From the NCBI GenBank assembly GCA_000004985.1, contig GG738852.1: DNA of 64,000 nucleotides; one strand, given 5' to 3'. Below the pieces are notes generated by a model that worked only from the letters and a program-made list of their open reading frames with translations, ran no database searches and was not told the DNA's origin. A program made the position numbers and the translations under genes. Of this stretch, positions 34,378 through 46,621 are shown piece by piece (the stretch's first letter is position 1; the number at the start of each line of letters is the position of its first letter). This DNA is from Naegleria gruberi. Lineage: Eukaryota.

Positions 34378-35101
34378 ATGAGCAATAAATTCACTGGTGT
34401 TTTTCGTAGATTGTGGGAATCCCCAATAGGTTTGTATTCTTTGTTCTCTTCTTGTTGTTAATGATCATTAATTATAACTACAAAACTGAAAACAATGAAA
34501 ATTTACGGTAAAAAAAACAATATTTTGTTACTGTTATACATGATGACGATAATGATGATGATTGTATTTGCTCATCTGCTCTGATTTAAATTCATTGATT
34601 ATTGATGACATTGAAATTATTATTATGGTGAACATCTACTTTTTACCATTGGCCATGTTGATGATAATTATTATTATATTAATTGGAAAATGTTATATTC
34701 TATTAACAATCATCATTGATAATTATTCGGAATAATATAACAATGTGGATATTTAATGATGATCAATAGGAATGAAAACTACTCACTTCTGGGGTCCAGT
34801 AGCAAACTGGGGTATTGCCATTGCTGGTTTGGCTGATTATGACAGACCACCAGAACTTGTTTCTGGTCCAATGACTTTTGCTCTTGCAGCCTACAGTGCA
34901 GTTTTCATGAGATTTGCCTGGATGGTAAAGCCTCGTAACATGCTCCTTCTTTACTGTCACGTTGTTAATGAAGGTGTTCAATTGTATCACTTGACTAGAA
35001 AGGTTAATTATGAATTGAATAAGAAACCAGTGGATGCTGCTCTTTCCACTACTGATTCATCAACACCACCACCAACTAATGTTACTGAAAAGAGTAATTA
35101 A
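34378..35101 (+). CDS. Mitochondrial pyruvate carrier (MPC/BRP44 family). Two exons.
   Basis: Exon 1 is 34378-34429 (MSNKFTGVFRRLWESPI-). The intron runs from gtttgt to caatag. Exon 2 is 34770-35101. The spliced protein of about 127 aa contains the MPC core FWGPVANWGIAIAGLADYDRPPELVSGPMTFALAAYSAVFMRFAW. Confidence 0.8.
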
Positions 35102-35600
35102 TTTGAGGAATTTTTTGGAATAAAGGTATTATTGATTAATAGTATTATTCATAATGAAATACCTCAATAATCTTCATTAAATCTTCATCACCAAGTAGAT
35201 CAGTCAAACATTAATGGCAAAATCAAATTGTAATGATTACCAAAATGTATGGAAACAACCAATGGGTATTAACCTTGGTCATAACAAGTGTTGGTTTTCA
35301 AACATTATTTAGGCTGCCAACATGGCAATTTAATCCCTCATTCTTATTAAGACATGACAAATGACACTTGTTGAGGACCTATGACGCTGCCGACCAACAA
35401 ATGTTTGAACTCCTCCCGCTTCAGTACGAAGCCATAAAATAGAAAAACAAATACCATTAACACGTTATCCTTTCGTCTCATAAAGGAGCAGAATCCTTCA
35501 GTATCATCATTTAGTCTTCATACTACTGAAAACAATTAGAAAGTTGCTAATTAACAGAGTTTCATTATCTATTTTCGAATATTATTATTGTTCAAACAAA

Positions 35601-37825
35601 ATGTCAGGAGATAATGAAGGGTTTATTGAAACCCTACTAATCAATCTCTTCACAATACCAATAACAACAATAGCATCATCATTCCCTCATCACCATCACC
35701 AACAATATTCAACTAATCATGTCATGACCATAATGGCAAACGAAACCTTTCCAACAATACTCAATAATAGTCAAACAAGTAATTCTACTTCCAATCGAAC
35801 GGATTGTTCTCCCATTCTCTTCAACCTAGGCAAATGGAGTACTGAGAAGGAACCAAAGTTTGAATTTGGTTTATGTCCAGATTCAATCATCACTCCAATA
35901 TTTTCATCAATTTTCCTTGCTCTCTTTCTTGGAATTTGTTTAATTTCACTGATGGGAATGATATGGAAGAGAAGGAATGGATTTATACATGCAAGAAATC
36001 CAATTTACATGTTCATGACTATTGTGGCTGCATTGATATTCATTGGAGGTAATGGATTGCGATTCATGATTGGACGAAAGCTATTTCCCTGTGCAATTTA
36101 TACTGTACTGTTTTTTGTATTGCCTCCACTTGTGAGTTTACCAACAATTTTGAGATGTTTGAGATTGTTTTTCATGTGAGTTTTAATTGTTTAATATTAT
36201 TAATATTATTTAATTAATATTTTGGTTTATTAATGTTTTTTTCTGGAATGTTTATTGTTACTGGATGGATTAATAATAGGTATAAATTGAATTTACAAAA
36301 AACTAAATTATTCGAATTGAAGAATATGGGAAAATCGAATCAAGCTATTCAAACAGGAGAAAATGTAAATTCACAAATTCAATCATTTGAAATGAATGTA
36401 ACAAATAGTCAAAATAATTCATCATTAGGAGTTGTGGATTCGAATAGTAATAGCTTAACTATTTCATCAAGTGAAAAACAAATTTATGGAAATGAGGATT
36501 TAATTCACAGAAGGTCAAACATTACCGAAATTATCAATAATACCAATCCTAGTACTACCATTGATCCAGAGAAGGCCATTGAACTCAATGCTAAGAGTAT
36601 TGATATCAAGACAGCTGGAGTTTCACCAATTTTGAAATCTGTCGATAATCCAAACGGAAATGTGGATTTTTCAACATCTCATTATTCGAATGGATCTTCA
36701 ACAATGGAAAACATGTCTCAACAAGATCTGGTTGATTCCTCTCCAAGACTTTTCAAAAACAATGACAATTTATTTGATGTAGATGTTACAGAAACAGATG
36801 ATAGTGATTCGTATTCAGATATTGACAGTCGATCCACTTGGGCATTTAGAGATTTATCTGATTTACAATCAGAAGTTAGAAGGTTTCAAATATTTACCTT
36901 CATGTCAAGTTACAAGTTTGTTCTCATTCTCTATTCTACATTTGTCATTTTCCAAATAGCTTTGTGGTTAATTTTGGGAGGTGTTGAGGAAGCTCTCTTC
37001 TCCAACTCACTAAGTCATACTGGTGAGAGAATCTTTCTTTTGGAAGGTGGAATGCTTGTTTTTGATAGAGGATGTTCAATGAGCACCAAGATGGTCCTCA
37101 TCATTGCAGGAGAATCAGTTATTTACATTATTTTTGAAATTGTAGCACTGATATTATGTATCAGATCAGACAGAGACACATGGAGTGTGAAAAAAGAGGC
37201 CATTCTCATTATCATCTTTCAAGTTATAGCAATAATTGCATTTGTAGTGACTGGTTTAATTGATGAAATTGTTACATTGACAGATTACTTTATTCCATAT
37301 GGGTATTCACTCATGACCTTTTCACTTGTTGAAGTTTTCACTACTGTGCTATTGCCAGTTGTGTATGCAATAGTGAGTGAGTATAGGAATTTAAGGAGAA
37401 TGGATACAGAGTTTGACTCTGAGTTGGAACAAGTTCTACGTAATAGAAAATCATTCAATAAGATGTTGGACTTTGCACGTCGAAGTTATGCACCTGAGAG
37501 TGTGTTGTGCTATCGAGATATTCAGAGATTTAAAAAGTTGAGAGCTAACAATCGAAGAAAGATGGCTCATCACATTGTAAATTCATATCTAACGAGTGGA
37601 TCTCCTTTGGAATTGAATATTGACAATATTATAATAAGAAAAAAGGAATTTTCTGATAGGGTTTCTAATACCAATGAAAAGCTTCCAAGAGACATGTTCA
37701 ATCAGATCCAAGACCATTGTTTGGTTGATATGAGAGACATTTTTGATCGTCTGAGATCTTCTGATAAGGAGATTTACCAAATGATACAAGATTGGAGGAT
37801 GAAGCAATCAAAATTAATTAACTGA
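35601..37825 (+). CDS. Seven-transmembrane receptor with a C-terminal RGS domain (paralog A). Two exons.
   Basis: Exon 1 is 35601-36175. The intron is 36176-36279 (gtgagt...aatag). Exon 2 is 36280-37825. The junction ...LRLFFM|YKLNLQKTKLF matches paralogs B and C (FMYKINL..K.KLF). N-terminal Cys-containing ectodomain, 7 TM helices with a long acidic loop after TM3, then an RGS domain (LDFARRSYAPESVLCYRDIQRFKK...SPLELNID). Confidence 0.75.
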
Positions 37826-38065
37826 ATTTGATTCAATCATTTATTGTAACAACGGTTATTATGATTATTTCAAAATATTAGTATGGCAAATTGACATAAA
37901 AGAAGTTAGATATCAGCATCAGAATCAGAATGTACCTGAATAGAGAATGCCATATCTGAATCAGTAAATACTCAAATAGGATTTTGTTTGATTTTGAAGT
38001 TGTTTCTCGACGATATAAAAGGTTGACTTGGTTCTGGCTTAATTCAAAACAATAATCAGAAAAAA

Positions 38066-38542
38066 ATGAAAAAGATTTCAATCATTATTCTTTTAGCATT
38101 GCTATTGTTGGCAGTTATCATTGGCATTGAATGTCAACAAAATCAAGATCCTTACTCTTATGACACTTATGGTTATGCTCAACAACAAGGAGGACAACAA
38201 CAACAACCAAGTTCCCAACAAGGTTCTCAAGATCAACAAGGTTCACAAGACCAACAAGGTTCTCAAGATCAACAACAATTCGATCCAAATCAACAAGGTC
38301 AAGTTGATCCTAACCAACAACAACAACAAGAAATGTTCGAACAAATGAGCTATGGTTACAGAAGACCTTATAATTATAGACCATACTACAGACCATACTA
38401 TAGACCTTATTATAGACCTTATTATAGACCATACTACAGACCATATTATAGACCATATTATAGACCATATCATAGACCATATCATAGACCATACAATTAC
38501 AATCAATATGGAAGTCATGGTGGAAATTATGGAAAATATTAA
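38066..38542 (+). CDS. Secreted Q-rich protein with (QGSQDQ)n and (RPYY)n tandem repeats.
   Basis: Signal peptide MKKISIIILLALLLLAVIIGIEC. Three QGSQDQQ repeats, then about 10 consecutive RPYY/RPYH repeats. ATG verified. Antisense ORFs here are repeat artefacts. Confidence 0.55.
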   Translation: MKKISIIILLALLLLAVIIGIECQQNQDPYSYDTYGYAQQQGGQQQQPSSQQGSQDQQGSQDQQGSQDQQQFDPNQQGQVDPNQQQQQEMFEQMSYGYRRPYNYRPYYRPYYRPYYRPYYRPYYRPYYRPYYRPYHRPYHRPYNYNQYGSHGGNYGKY

Positions 38543-38862
38543 ATTGTTAACAATAAAGAAGTGTGACCTTTGTGAGAGAATATTGAAACCTTTTTATCTG
38601 CTGGACATGAGTTGTTTTCAATCCTTTCATTTCTTGAACAATATCTAATTGCTTGTTGGAGTTCTTCGAATAATCTGTCATGTCATTGAAACAATGCCTC
38701 TGCAGAAAACTTTGAATATATCTCCAATACAGAACAATTTTCAAGTGCTTAATGGTCTCTTGTACCGTAAAGTCCTGAGAGATGTGGTCTACAACCATGG
38801 CTATTAAGTTTCGTCAAAAAGTTTGTTATACCACATGTTGCTGTTTACACTACTATAACAAT

Positions 38863-39936
38863 TTATTCATTGAGTTGGAAAAGAGCCCAATCTACTCTTG
38901 GTTGAATGGTCTTTCCATCTTCCATCACATTAGAAATCATGTGTCCAGCAAACATTTCAGTCTTATACTCTGTGCCATTATCATCGACCAAAATTGGAAC
39001 ATTGACGTATCCTCTTGGAATATCTTGTGAGTCAATCTTTGGCCATGCACCAGGTTGACAATCTCCTCTCCATATTCCCTTCTCTGAAAATACACAGAAA
39101 GTTGTAATCCATCCACCCAAATAACGAGGACCTGATCCACCGCCTGAAATGTGAGCTACTCTATTCCACCACTCCTTATTGGGATTTCCCTTGATTGATT
39201 CTACAAAATGATCCAAAACAGGGAATAACAAAGCAGACCATTGTTCCATATATCCTTCCTTTGTGTCAAATTCCAATAATCTATTAGCTCTTTCTCTAAT
39301 CTTAACCCAGTCCTCAACCTCCCCCAATAATGTAACACTTGGCAAGTTACAACACAACGAAAACTTGTAATCAAAGTAATTCTTCATAGCAGCCATAAGG
39401 ACCACTGCTCCAACCATCCTATCATTCTCAGTGGTGGTAGTAAAATCTGGCATGACCCATTCTCTTACGCTTGGATCCTTAATATTCTGTGCAATTTGAT
39501 TGGTCATATCCAATGAGAGGGAAACATAATCAGCCGAGAATAAATTACCAGAACCGTAGACTGTTAGCTGTTTCTTTCCATCAAAGTCTACAAATTTGCC
39601 TCTCAATTCTTCTGACTTTCCATTCACATAATTTGAAAATTGAGTACAAATAGCTAGCCATACATCATCAGGTTTAATGACCAAATTATGGTGATAGGAA
39701 TAGGCTTGAACAGCACTTTTTACAAAAGAGTTTGATCCCAACTTGATCATGGATTCATCTATTTTACCAAAACTTGATGTAATCGGTTGCTTTACATAAA
39801 CTTCCTTTTCTTCAGGAGTCTTTGAAGAGGAATAGTTTCTCTCCTTTCCAGGAAGAATTTGTTCAGGTTTAAAGGCTTGTTGGGGTTTGGAAACATTTTC
39901 AACCTTCACCTCTGTAACTTGGAATGTAATGGGCAT
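38863..39936 (-). CDS. Hypothetical protein.
   Basis: The track ORF starts at a GTG (40050). First in-frame ATG is at 39934-39936 ([10 protein letters not shown]...). Non-repetitive sequence, for example [38 protein letters not shown]. An upstream exon is possible. Confidence 0.4.
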   Translation of the reverse strand: MPITFQVTEVKVENVSKPQQAFKPEQILPGKERNYSSSKTPEEKEVYVKQPITSSFGKIDESMIKLGSNSFVKSAVQAYSYHHNLVIKPDDVWLAICTQFSNYVNGKSEELRGKFVDFDGKKQLTVYGSGNLFSADYVSLSLDMTNQIAQNIKDPSVREWVMPDFTTTTENDRMVGAVVLMAAMKNYFDYKFSLCCNLPSVTLLGEVEDWVKIRERANRLLEFDTKEGYMEQWSALLFPVLDHFVESIKGNPNKEWWNRVAHISGGGSGPRYLGGWITTFCVFSEKGIWRGDCQPGAWPKIDSQDIPRGYVNVPILVDDNGTEYKTEMFAGHMISNVMEDGKTIQPRVDWALFQLNE

Positions 39937-40481
39937 TTTTTTTCGTGTTGTAATTTTGTTCCTCGTTACTGTAAGGTGGAGTTTATTAATAGGAAAAGGT
40001 GTAGCTATTATTTGGGTTGAACAACCACACACAGGTATTGTAGAGTTCACCTTTGGTGAACCACTCTTATGATGAACTCAGCTCAATTAGCTCAATTGAA
40101 TTGTAATCTAATTGTTGTTTGTCCAAGTTAACACTTAGTAAAATACAATGTTTGTAAATACTGTATATAATACAAATGTGGCATTGTATTCTTGATTGAC
40201 TTCCTGTTGAGCCAATGGTAGGTCTAATTCAAACGCTTTGACCAGGTCATTACAAGTGCAATGACCATCAAATTCTATCCTATAGTTGAGAGGAATCTGA
40301 GATATCAGGATGTAATCTACACTGAAAATAGCCATCGATTCAAAGGCTTGCCAGGGGTGACTTGGGCAAAATTAATTTGTAGTGCAAGGTCAGATTTCCA
40401 AAATTGATAATTACAATTATTGAAATACTCAATGAAGTCTTGACTGTAGTAATTGACGTTTCTCTTGGTTGGAATGATTTC

Positions 40482-42421
40482 TTACTGTGTAGAATTTGTT
40501 GATTGAACTGAATTGTTCAAAGATTTGAGTTCTTTGACAATGTCACCAATTTGCTTGTTGGAGCTCTTCAATCTTTCGAATAGATCTGTCATGTCGTTAA
40601 GGCAATGATCTTGGATGAGTGCAAACAAATTGTGTGAAATATTTGGATTTTCCTCAATTAACTTTTCAATTTCACTCCTCCTTTCTTCAATTTTGCTAAT
40701 ATTCAATTCTAGTGGAGCACCAGCAGTAAGGTAAGCCTTCAAAATGTGAGTGGCTGCCTTCTTTCTGTTTGCCTTTCTTGCCTTTTTAAATCTCTGTATA
40801 TCTCTCCAACACAAAACGCTCTCAGTGCAATAACTTCTTCTTGCAAAGTCAAGTAAGATTTGATAGGTCTTTTTGTTTTTCAAAACCTTCTCAATTCCTG
40901 TTTCTTTCACAGCTTGTTTCCTTTCAGTGTCATTGTTGGATTGTGAGAGCTTGCTCTTTCTGTCGCTGATAAAGGCATACATGGCAGGCATTCCAACACA
41001 CATAATAATTTCAATCAGCTCATAAATCCATAACGCCAATCCAGTTGGAACCAAATAGTCCAATAACTTTTCTGTAATATCCAACATGCCAACAACTATA
41101 AAAATGATGGCAGCTCCAACCTGAACAATGATTAGAAGGAGTGTTTCTCTCTTAATTCCCCATGTATCTCTATCAGCCATAACTGCCAAGATGAGGAATA
41201 CCAATTCTAAGAAGATGTAGACCAGTGCATGGACACCAACAATCAAGACTGTTGTAGTAGTGAGACCACAACCTCTTTCAAAGACAAACAGACCACCATC
41301 AAAGAGGAATAATCTCTTTTTGTTTGGATCTGTACTTGCATTATAAGTCACCTCCTCAACAATTCCTAAAACTACCCAAATTATAACTCCAACAAGGAAT
41401 GCAATGGCATAGGTGGAAAGGATAAACTTTTTGCTGATGAAAAAGTTCAGAATGGCCAATTGTTTAACTTGTTTTTTAACATCACTAACTTCCTTAAATT
41501 CACTCATATTCCAAGTTGAAACGTCAGCTTGTGATTCAGAATCTCCATCAGTTGTTGAATCATCCCAATTTGGAGGATCGAGTCCAATATCCTCATAATT
41601 GTTAGGATCAAAGTTGTTAACCACCTTGTGAATTTGTTCTTGCCTTCCTGCCATGTCTTCCAATCCAAATATTTTAGAGTCTGATTTTTTCAATTCCACC
41701 TCAGTTTGTTCCTTTAGCTGGTTAATTGGTACAATGCCATTCGGGTTTGTCACTGATGTAGCACCAACAGTGCTGTCTTTTGCTGAAACATCAAAAAGTT
41801 TCATCTTTAAAAGATTAATCTTGTACATGAGATAAATTCTCAACATTCTGAAAACTGTCGGTAGCATTACAGCTGGAGGTAATGTAAAGAAACTAAAAGT
41901 AATTATACCACAAGGGAATATCTTTCGTCCGATGATTATTCTCAATGTTAATCCAACAACAAATACGAAACCAGCACATAAAGTCATGTACAATGATGTG
42001 GGATCTCTTGCCATAATATGTCCACTCTTCCTCTTAAATATCACTCCTGTTGTTGTCAAAAAGAAATGTCAACAAACAATTTAAAACAATAAATTATTGA
42101 AACTTTACCAATTGCACTGAAAATAACACTTATTATATAAACAATCACAAAGGTCAACACCAAAGCAAAACTAATATAAGTATCAGGACACAGCCCATAA
42201 TCAATTGTGCCATTATTTCCCTCCCGAGACCATCCTCCCAAGTTGAATAATATAGGATCACATGCAAAAGCACTACTATTAGTTGAATTCAATAATCCAA
42301 TGAATGGACTTGTATCATTTAAAATTCCTCTTCCAATCATCCACCCATTGATATTCTCCCGAAGGAACACCTCCAGAGCATCTTCCATTAATCCAAAGTG
42401 TGTGGGTTGACTTGCTGGCAT
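40482..42421 (-). CDS. Seven-transmembrane receptor with a C-terminal RGS domain (paralog B). Two exons.
   Basis: Exon 1 is 42421-42109. The intron is 42108-42047 (gtaaag...aacag, 62 nt). Exon 2 is 42046-40482. The junction ...SAIG|VIFKRKSGHIMARDP matches the paralogs (WKRKSSHVEARSP / WKRRNGFIHARNP). RGS motif LDFARRSYCTESVLCWRDIQRFKKARK. Confidence 0.75.
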
Positions 42422-42660
42422 TTTTTTTTGATAGGTTGGCGCGGTTTTTCTGTACAGTGCGATGACATTGAAATGAATGATAAAAGAGGAAGGGTTTTTT
42501 GTTAAAGAGGAATTTTCATGTATTTAATTTGTAAAATGTTTTTTTTTATTCGAAACAGTCTTCTCGTTTGTAAAGTACATGTATTAAGAATTGCACACCT
42601 TGAAATGTTTACTAGTTAATAAAATTAAATTTACAATAATATTAATTATATTTAAAAAAA

Positions 42661-43599
42661 ATGTTCAATAGATTTCTTGGTGGTGGATCCTCCAATCATC
42701 ACCAATTGCCACCAAACAACAATAACACAAATAATAATAACATGTTGGCACCACCTCGTAAGAGATCTTCATCCTCCAGTTCTGATCAAACAACAACTCT
42801 AACCACTATTATTCCGAAGAATATCAAACCTTTACCTCCAATGACTACCTCTCCTACTCTGATTGATACTACCAACAACATCAGTAATTCCTCCTATACA
42901 GCATTCAATTCATCCTCCTCACAACAACAATCCAGTGATTTTAATAATACAACAAGAATTTATTTATCTTCATCATCAGGGAATAGATTAATATTAATTA
43001 AAAATTTAAATCAAATTCCATTGAATGGAAGGTTTGTTTTTAATGATGAGGAGAGTAGGAGATTGATAGCTATATTCAGGACAAAAAAGAATAAGATTTA
43101 TGCTATTGATGAATATTGTTATCATATGGGAGGTCCTTTGGAGAAGGGTGATATTGAAGATTTGATGGTGAATTATAAAGATAGCAAAACGAGGAAACAT
43201 TCATGTGTAGTGTGTCCTTGGCATCATTATTATATTAGTTTGAAAACTGGTGAATCATTCTATTTGGATATTGATCATACTTATAAATCAAAGGGACAAA
43301 GACAACGTACCTATCCTCTGTATTATAATAGTGAAACGATGGATTTGTATTTGGAATTGGATTCGAGATTGGAATTGAGTTATTCACCAACAGTTAATTG
43401 TACTGGTTGCGAGAGTGATAAAAATCCTATTAAACCTTTGGATTCGGATCACTATGTAAAAATTCATCAACAAAAGTATTCTAATATTGAGAGTAGTAAT
43501 ACTAAACCTCATAGTGTTGTAAATTTGAAAGAGTTGAAAGAAAAACGAGAATTGAAAAAGATTAATCCAGATATTGATTTTCAAATCAAAAAGGAATAA
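42661..43599 (+). CDS. Protein with a poly-N/S-rich N-terminus and a Rieske-type [2Fe-2S]-like Cys/His motif.
   Basis: CYHMGGPL...(27 residues)...CPWHH, that is CxH...CxxH with a longer spacer than canonical Rieske. Otherwise unrecognised. Confidence 0.45.
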   Translation: MFNRFLGGGSSNHHQLPPNNNNTNNNNMLAPPRKRSSSSSSDQTTTLTTIIPKNIKPLPPMTTSPTLIDTTNNISNSSYTAFNSSSSQQQSSDFNNTTRIYLSSSSGNRLILIKNLNQIPLNGRFVFNDEESRRLIAIFRTKKNKIYAIDEYCYHMGGPLEKGDIEDLMVNYKDSKTRKHSCVVCPWHHYYISLKTGESFYLDIDHTYKSKGQRQRTYPLYYNSETMDLYLELDSRLELSYSPTVNCTGCESDKNPIKPLDSDHYVKIHQQKYSNIESSNTKPHSVVNLKELKEKRELKKINPDIDFQIKKE

Positions 43600-43634
43600 T
43601 AAGAACGAATTCAAAACCTCATGATTTATTAAAA

Positions 43635-45635
43635 TCAAACTTGATCTGAAAATGTTACCGTTGGATTCATCAACGTTAACGTAGATGTGGAATTTACAAG
43701 ATTGGAACTTGTTGCGGAGGTATCTAACTTGCTTTCAGTATAGGTAGATGCTTTTTTGTAATTCTTTACAAAATCTGAGATTACATTATTAGAATTTTTC
43801 AATCTATCAAACAAATCTGCCATGTCATTCAAACAATGGTCCTGCACAGCTTTGAAAATATCAGTTGGAATTTTGCCATTGGTTGATTCTATTTGCTTCA
43901 CTTGTTCAAGAATTTCGGCACTTTTGAAGGTAATCTTTGGCATGTTAAGTTCTAATGGAGCACCAACGGTCATGTAAGCATTGACAATGTGGTTTACTGC
44001 CTTTTTCCTCTGACTTCTCTTTGCCTTCTTGAATCTTTGAATATCTCTCCAACACAAGACACTCTCAGTGCAGTAACTTCTTCTAGCAAATTCGAGTACA
44101 ATTTTGAACATTTTACGATTTTTGAGAACCTTCTCTAAGCCACTTTCAGATTCGGTATTTTTGGCTAGTTTCTTGTCAAATATTATGGAACGAATGACTG
44201 GAATAGTGACACACACAATTACTTCAATGAACATGTACCCCCACAAAATGAAACCATATGGGAAATAGGCATCTGTAACAGATGCGATGAAATCAATATT
44301 AGCAGCAACTACAAACAAAATAGCACTAGTTAATTGAATAACAATCAAAATCATAGTCTCCCTCTTAATTCCCCAAGAGTCTCTGTCTGCTGTAAAGGCA
44401 AATATTAAAAATACCAATTCCAAGAGAATGAACAAGATTGATTCTACAGAAATCATAATGGTAGTTGTAGTATTCATACCACAACCGTGTGAAAATAGAA
44501 GAATACCACCCTCATTCAAGAATATTCTCTTCTTGTTTGGATCTGTACTTGTATTGTAAATTGCTTCCTCAGCAACACCAACAATAAGCCAAATAATTAC
44601 ACCAAATAAGAAGGAAAGAATGTAAATCACAGTAATGAATTTGACACTGATTAGGAAATTGAAAATTTTCAACTTTCTCAATTCTTTTTGCACATCTGCC
44701 AAATCCTTATATTCACTCATATTCCAAGTTGAAACGTCTGCTTGTGAATCATTATCAGTATCAAAATTACTTTCATCATCATCATCTGTAACAGTATTTG
44801 AAGTAGTTCCATTAATGGAATCAAGTTGAGGTTCATATTCATGATTTTTTGCAATTACTCTAGAGAGACGTTCTTGTCTTTTCACTATACCATCCTCTTG
44901 TCCAAAGAATTGTTGTTGTTGGGTTCCACTTTGAGTTTCAATTGTAAAATTATCAATTGCTTGTTTCAATTCAATATTACCTGAAGTGTTATCACCTCCT
45001 GTATTTGTAGTACTGGTATTTTGTAAATTAGTCGGTGATTCGAATAGTTTAGTTTTCTGTAAATTAATCTTGTACATGAAATATGCTCTCATTAATCTGA
45101 AAATAGTAGGTAATGTCACAGCTGCAGGAAATGTGAAAAAGCAAATAGTTAACAAACCACAAGGGAATAACCTTCTCGAGATGACAATTCTCAAAGTCAT
45201 TCCCACAATGAAAAAGAAAGCAGCACATAAAGTAAAGGCGAGATAGATTGGACTTCTCGCTTCGACGTGACTGGACTTTCTCTTCCAGAAAACACCTACA
45301 CCTGTCAATAATACAGTAATTATATATACAATCATAAATGCTAGACATGTGGCAAAGGCAAAATAGGTATCATTGCAGAGACCGTATTGAGATGTAACGT
45401 TCATTTCACGAATCCATGGCGTACCGATGAGAGAGGAATCACAAACTTTAGTATTATTGGTGGTGAAATTTAATGTTGAATTATCTGAAAGCATGGAGAA
45501 TGGTTCCATTAATGAATGTTGAAAATATGAATTAATCAGGAGAGCTGCGATATTGTTGGATGGTGTGATGGCATATTGTTCAAAGAAAGGAGAGAGTTGC
45601 TGACTGTTGGCAACTTGAAATTGTTGCAGAGACAT
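43635..45635 (-). CDS. Seven-transmembrane receptor with a C-terminal RGS domain (paralog C). Single exon.
   Basis: 666-aa continuous ORF with ATG verified. Conserved ectodomain Cys pattern (C...YGLCNDT), 7 TM helices, a D/E/S-rich loop, and an RGS motif LEFARRSYCTESVLCWRDIQRFKKAKR. Confidence 0.75.
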   Translation of the reverse strand: MSLQQFQVANSQQLSPFFEQYAITPSNNIAALLINSYFQHSLMEPFSMLSDNSTLNFTTNNTKVCDSSLIGTPWIREMNVTSQYGLCNDTYFAFATCLAFMIVYIITVLLTGVGVFWKRKSSHVEARSPIYLAFTLCAAFFFIVGMTLRIVISRRLFPCGLLTICFFTFPAAVTLPTIFRLMRAYFMYKINLQKTKLFESPTNLQNTSTTNTGGDNTSGNIELKQAIDNFTIETQSGTQQQQFFGQEDGIVKRQERLSRVIAKNHEYEPQLDSINGTTSNTVTDDDDESNFDTDNDSQADVSTWNMSEYKDLADVQKELRKLKIFNFLISVKFITVIYILSFLFGVIIWLIVGVAEEAIYNTSTDPNKKRIFLNEGGILLFSHGCGMNTTTTIMISVESILFILLELVFLIFAFTADRDSWGIKRETMILIVIQLTSAILFVVAANIDFIASVTDAYFPYGFILWGYMFIEVIVCVTIPVIRSIIFDKKLAKNTESESGLEKVLKNRKMFKIVLEFARRSYCTESVLCWRDIQRFKKAKRSQRKKAVNHIVNAYMTVGAPLELNMPKITFKSAEILEQVKQIESTNGKIPTDIFKAVQDHCLNDMADLFDRLKNSNNVISDFVKNYKKASTYTESKLDTSATSSNLVNSTSTLTLMNPTVTFSDQV

Positions 45636-46621
45636 TAGTTGTTTTTTTTGCTGTGTATGAAATGTTGTTAGACAGTTCTGTAGTGCGAAGAGATTCTTTC
45701 TTTGGTATTGACGTGTGAGGTAAATGGTCGCAGATGGTGGTCAGTAGGGCTCTTTGTAAGGGCAGTCATTTAAAAGATGCCCGATGTGAAACATAATCAA
45801 ATGACAACCTCAATTAAAGAAAATTATGAATAACAAATGATAAGTTGAATAATGCCATTTTAGTGTTTGGTAATTTGGAGTCATACTCATGCAAGCAATT
45901 TTCTTAAAGCACCCCACTCCACAACAAAATTCACTTTCAATCATATTATTTTGAACTCGACACAAGCATTGGAGGTCTTACTTATTAAAACTTCGACTGG
46001 GTTGTCAAGTTGCAGTGTCTCTTTGCATAAGAATATGGACATTAAGGAGGTGTTTAACTCTTACATCCACTTTTCAACTAATGTCTTACTGGAGTTGGTC
46101 CCTATAATTCTTGCTGGTCAATAGGCTGAGAGAATTTGTTTCAAATATGAACGGAGATTGTCCTTATTTCTAAAAAACAATAATTGAAAAAATAAGATCA
46201 ACTTTTTCTTGATCTTTGATAGTGTTTGAAATCATATTTTACTTATTTGGACAAGTATTTGAAATATATGAAATCTGATGTTCATTCTAGTAGTACGAAA
46301 GACTTGGCAAAGTACATGGAGAGAAAATTTACACAACTTGCATTCCAAATTTGGTTTGTTTTACAAGTCAACGAGAACAGTGAAGATAATGCACTCCAGC
46401 AGATATGGTTCAATTATTAATAGTTATTGGTGTTGCCTTGTTTTTGCCCAGTTTGGTACTTAACCTGTTATCCGAAATATTTTATTCGAAATCTAACTAC
46501 TATTGTTACCAATAAACTGTGATGGTATGTACCCTTTACAATATTTCGTTTGATTATCGTGTTTCCTTTCACTTGTGTTGTTTCTAATTTGGCAACCAAC
46601 AAATTTACCAATTCAAAAAAA

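Noticed and set aside
38121-38648. ORFs 38121-38348(+), 38352-38648(+), 38243-38518(-) and 38310-38492(-).
   Set aside because: They are alternative-frame or antisense readings of the QGSQDQ/RPYY repeat tract of the 38066-38542 gene.
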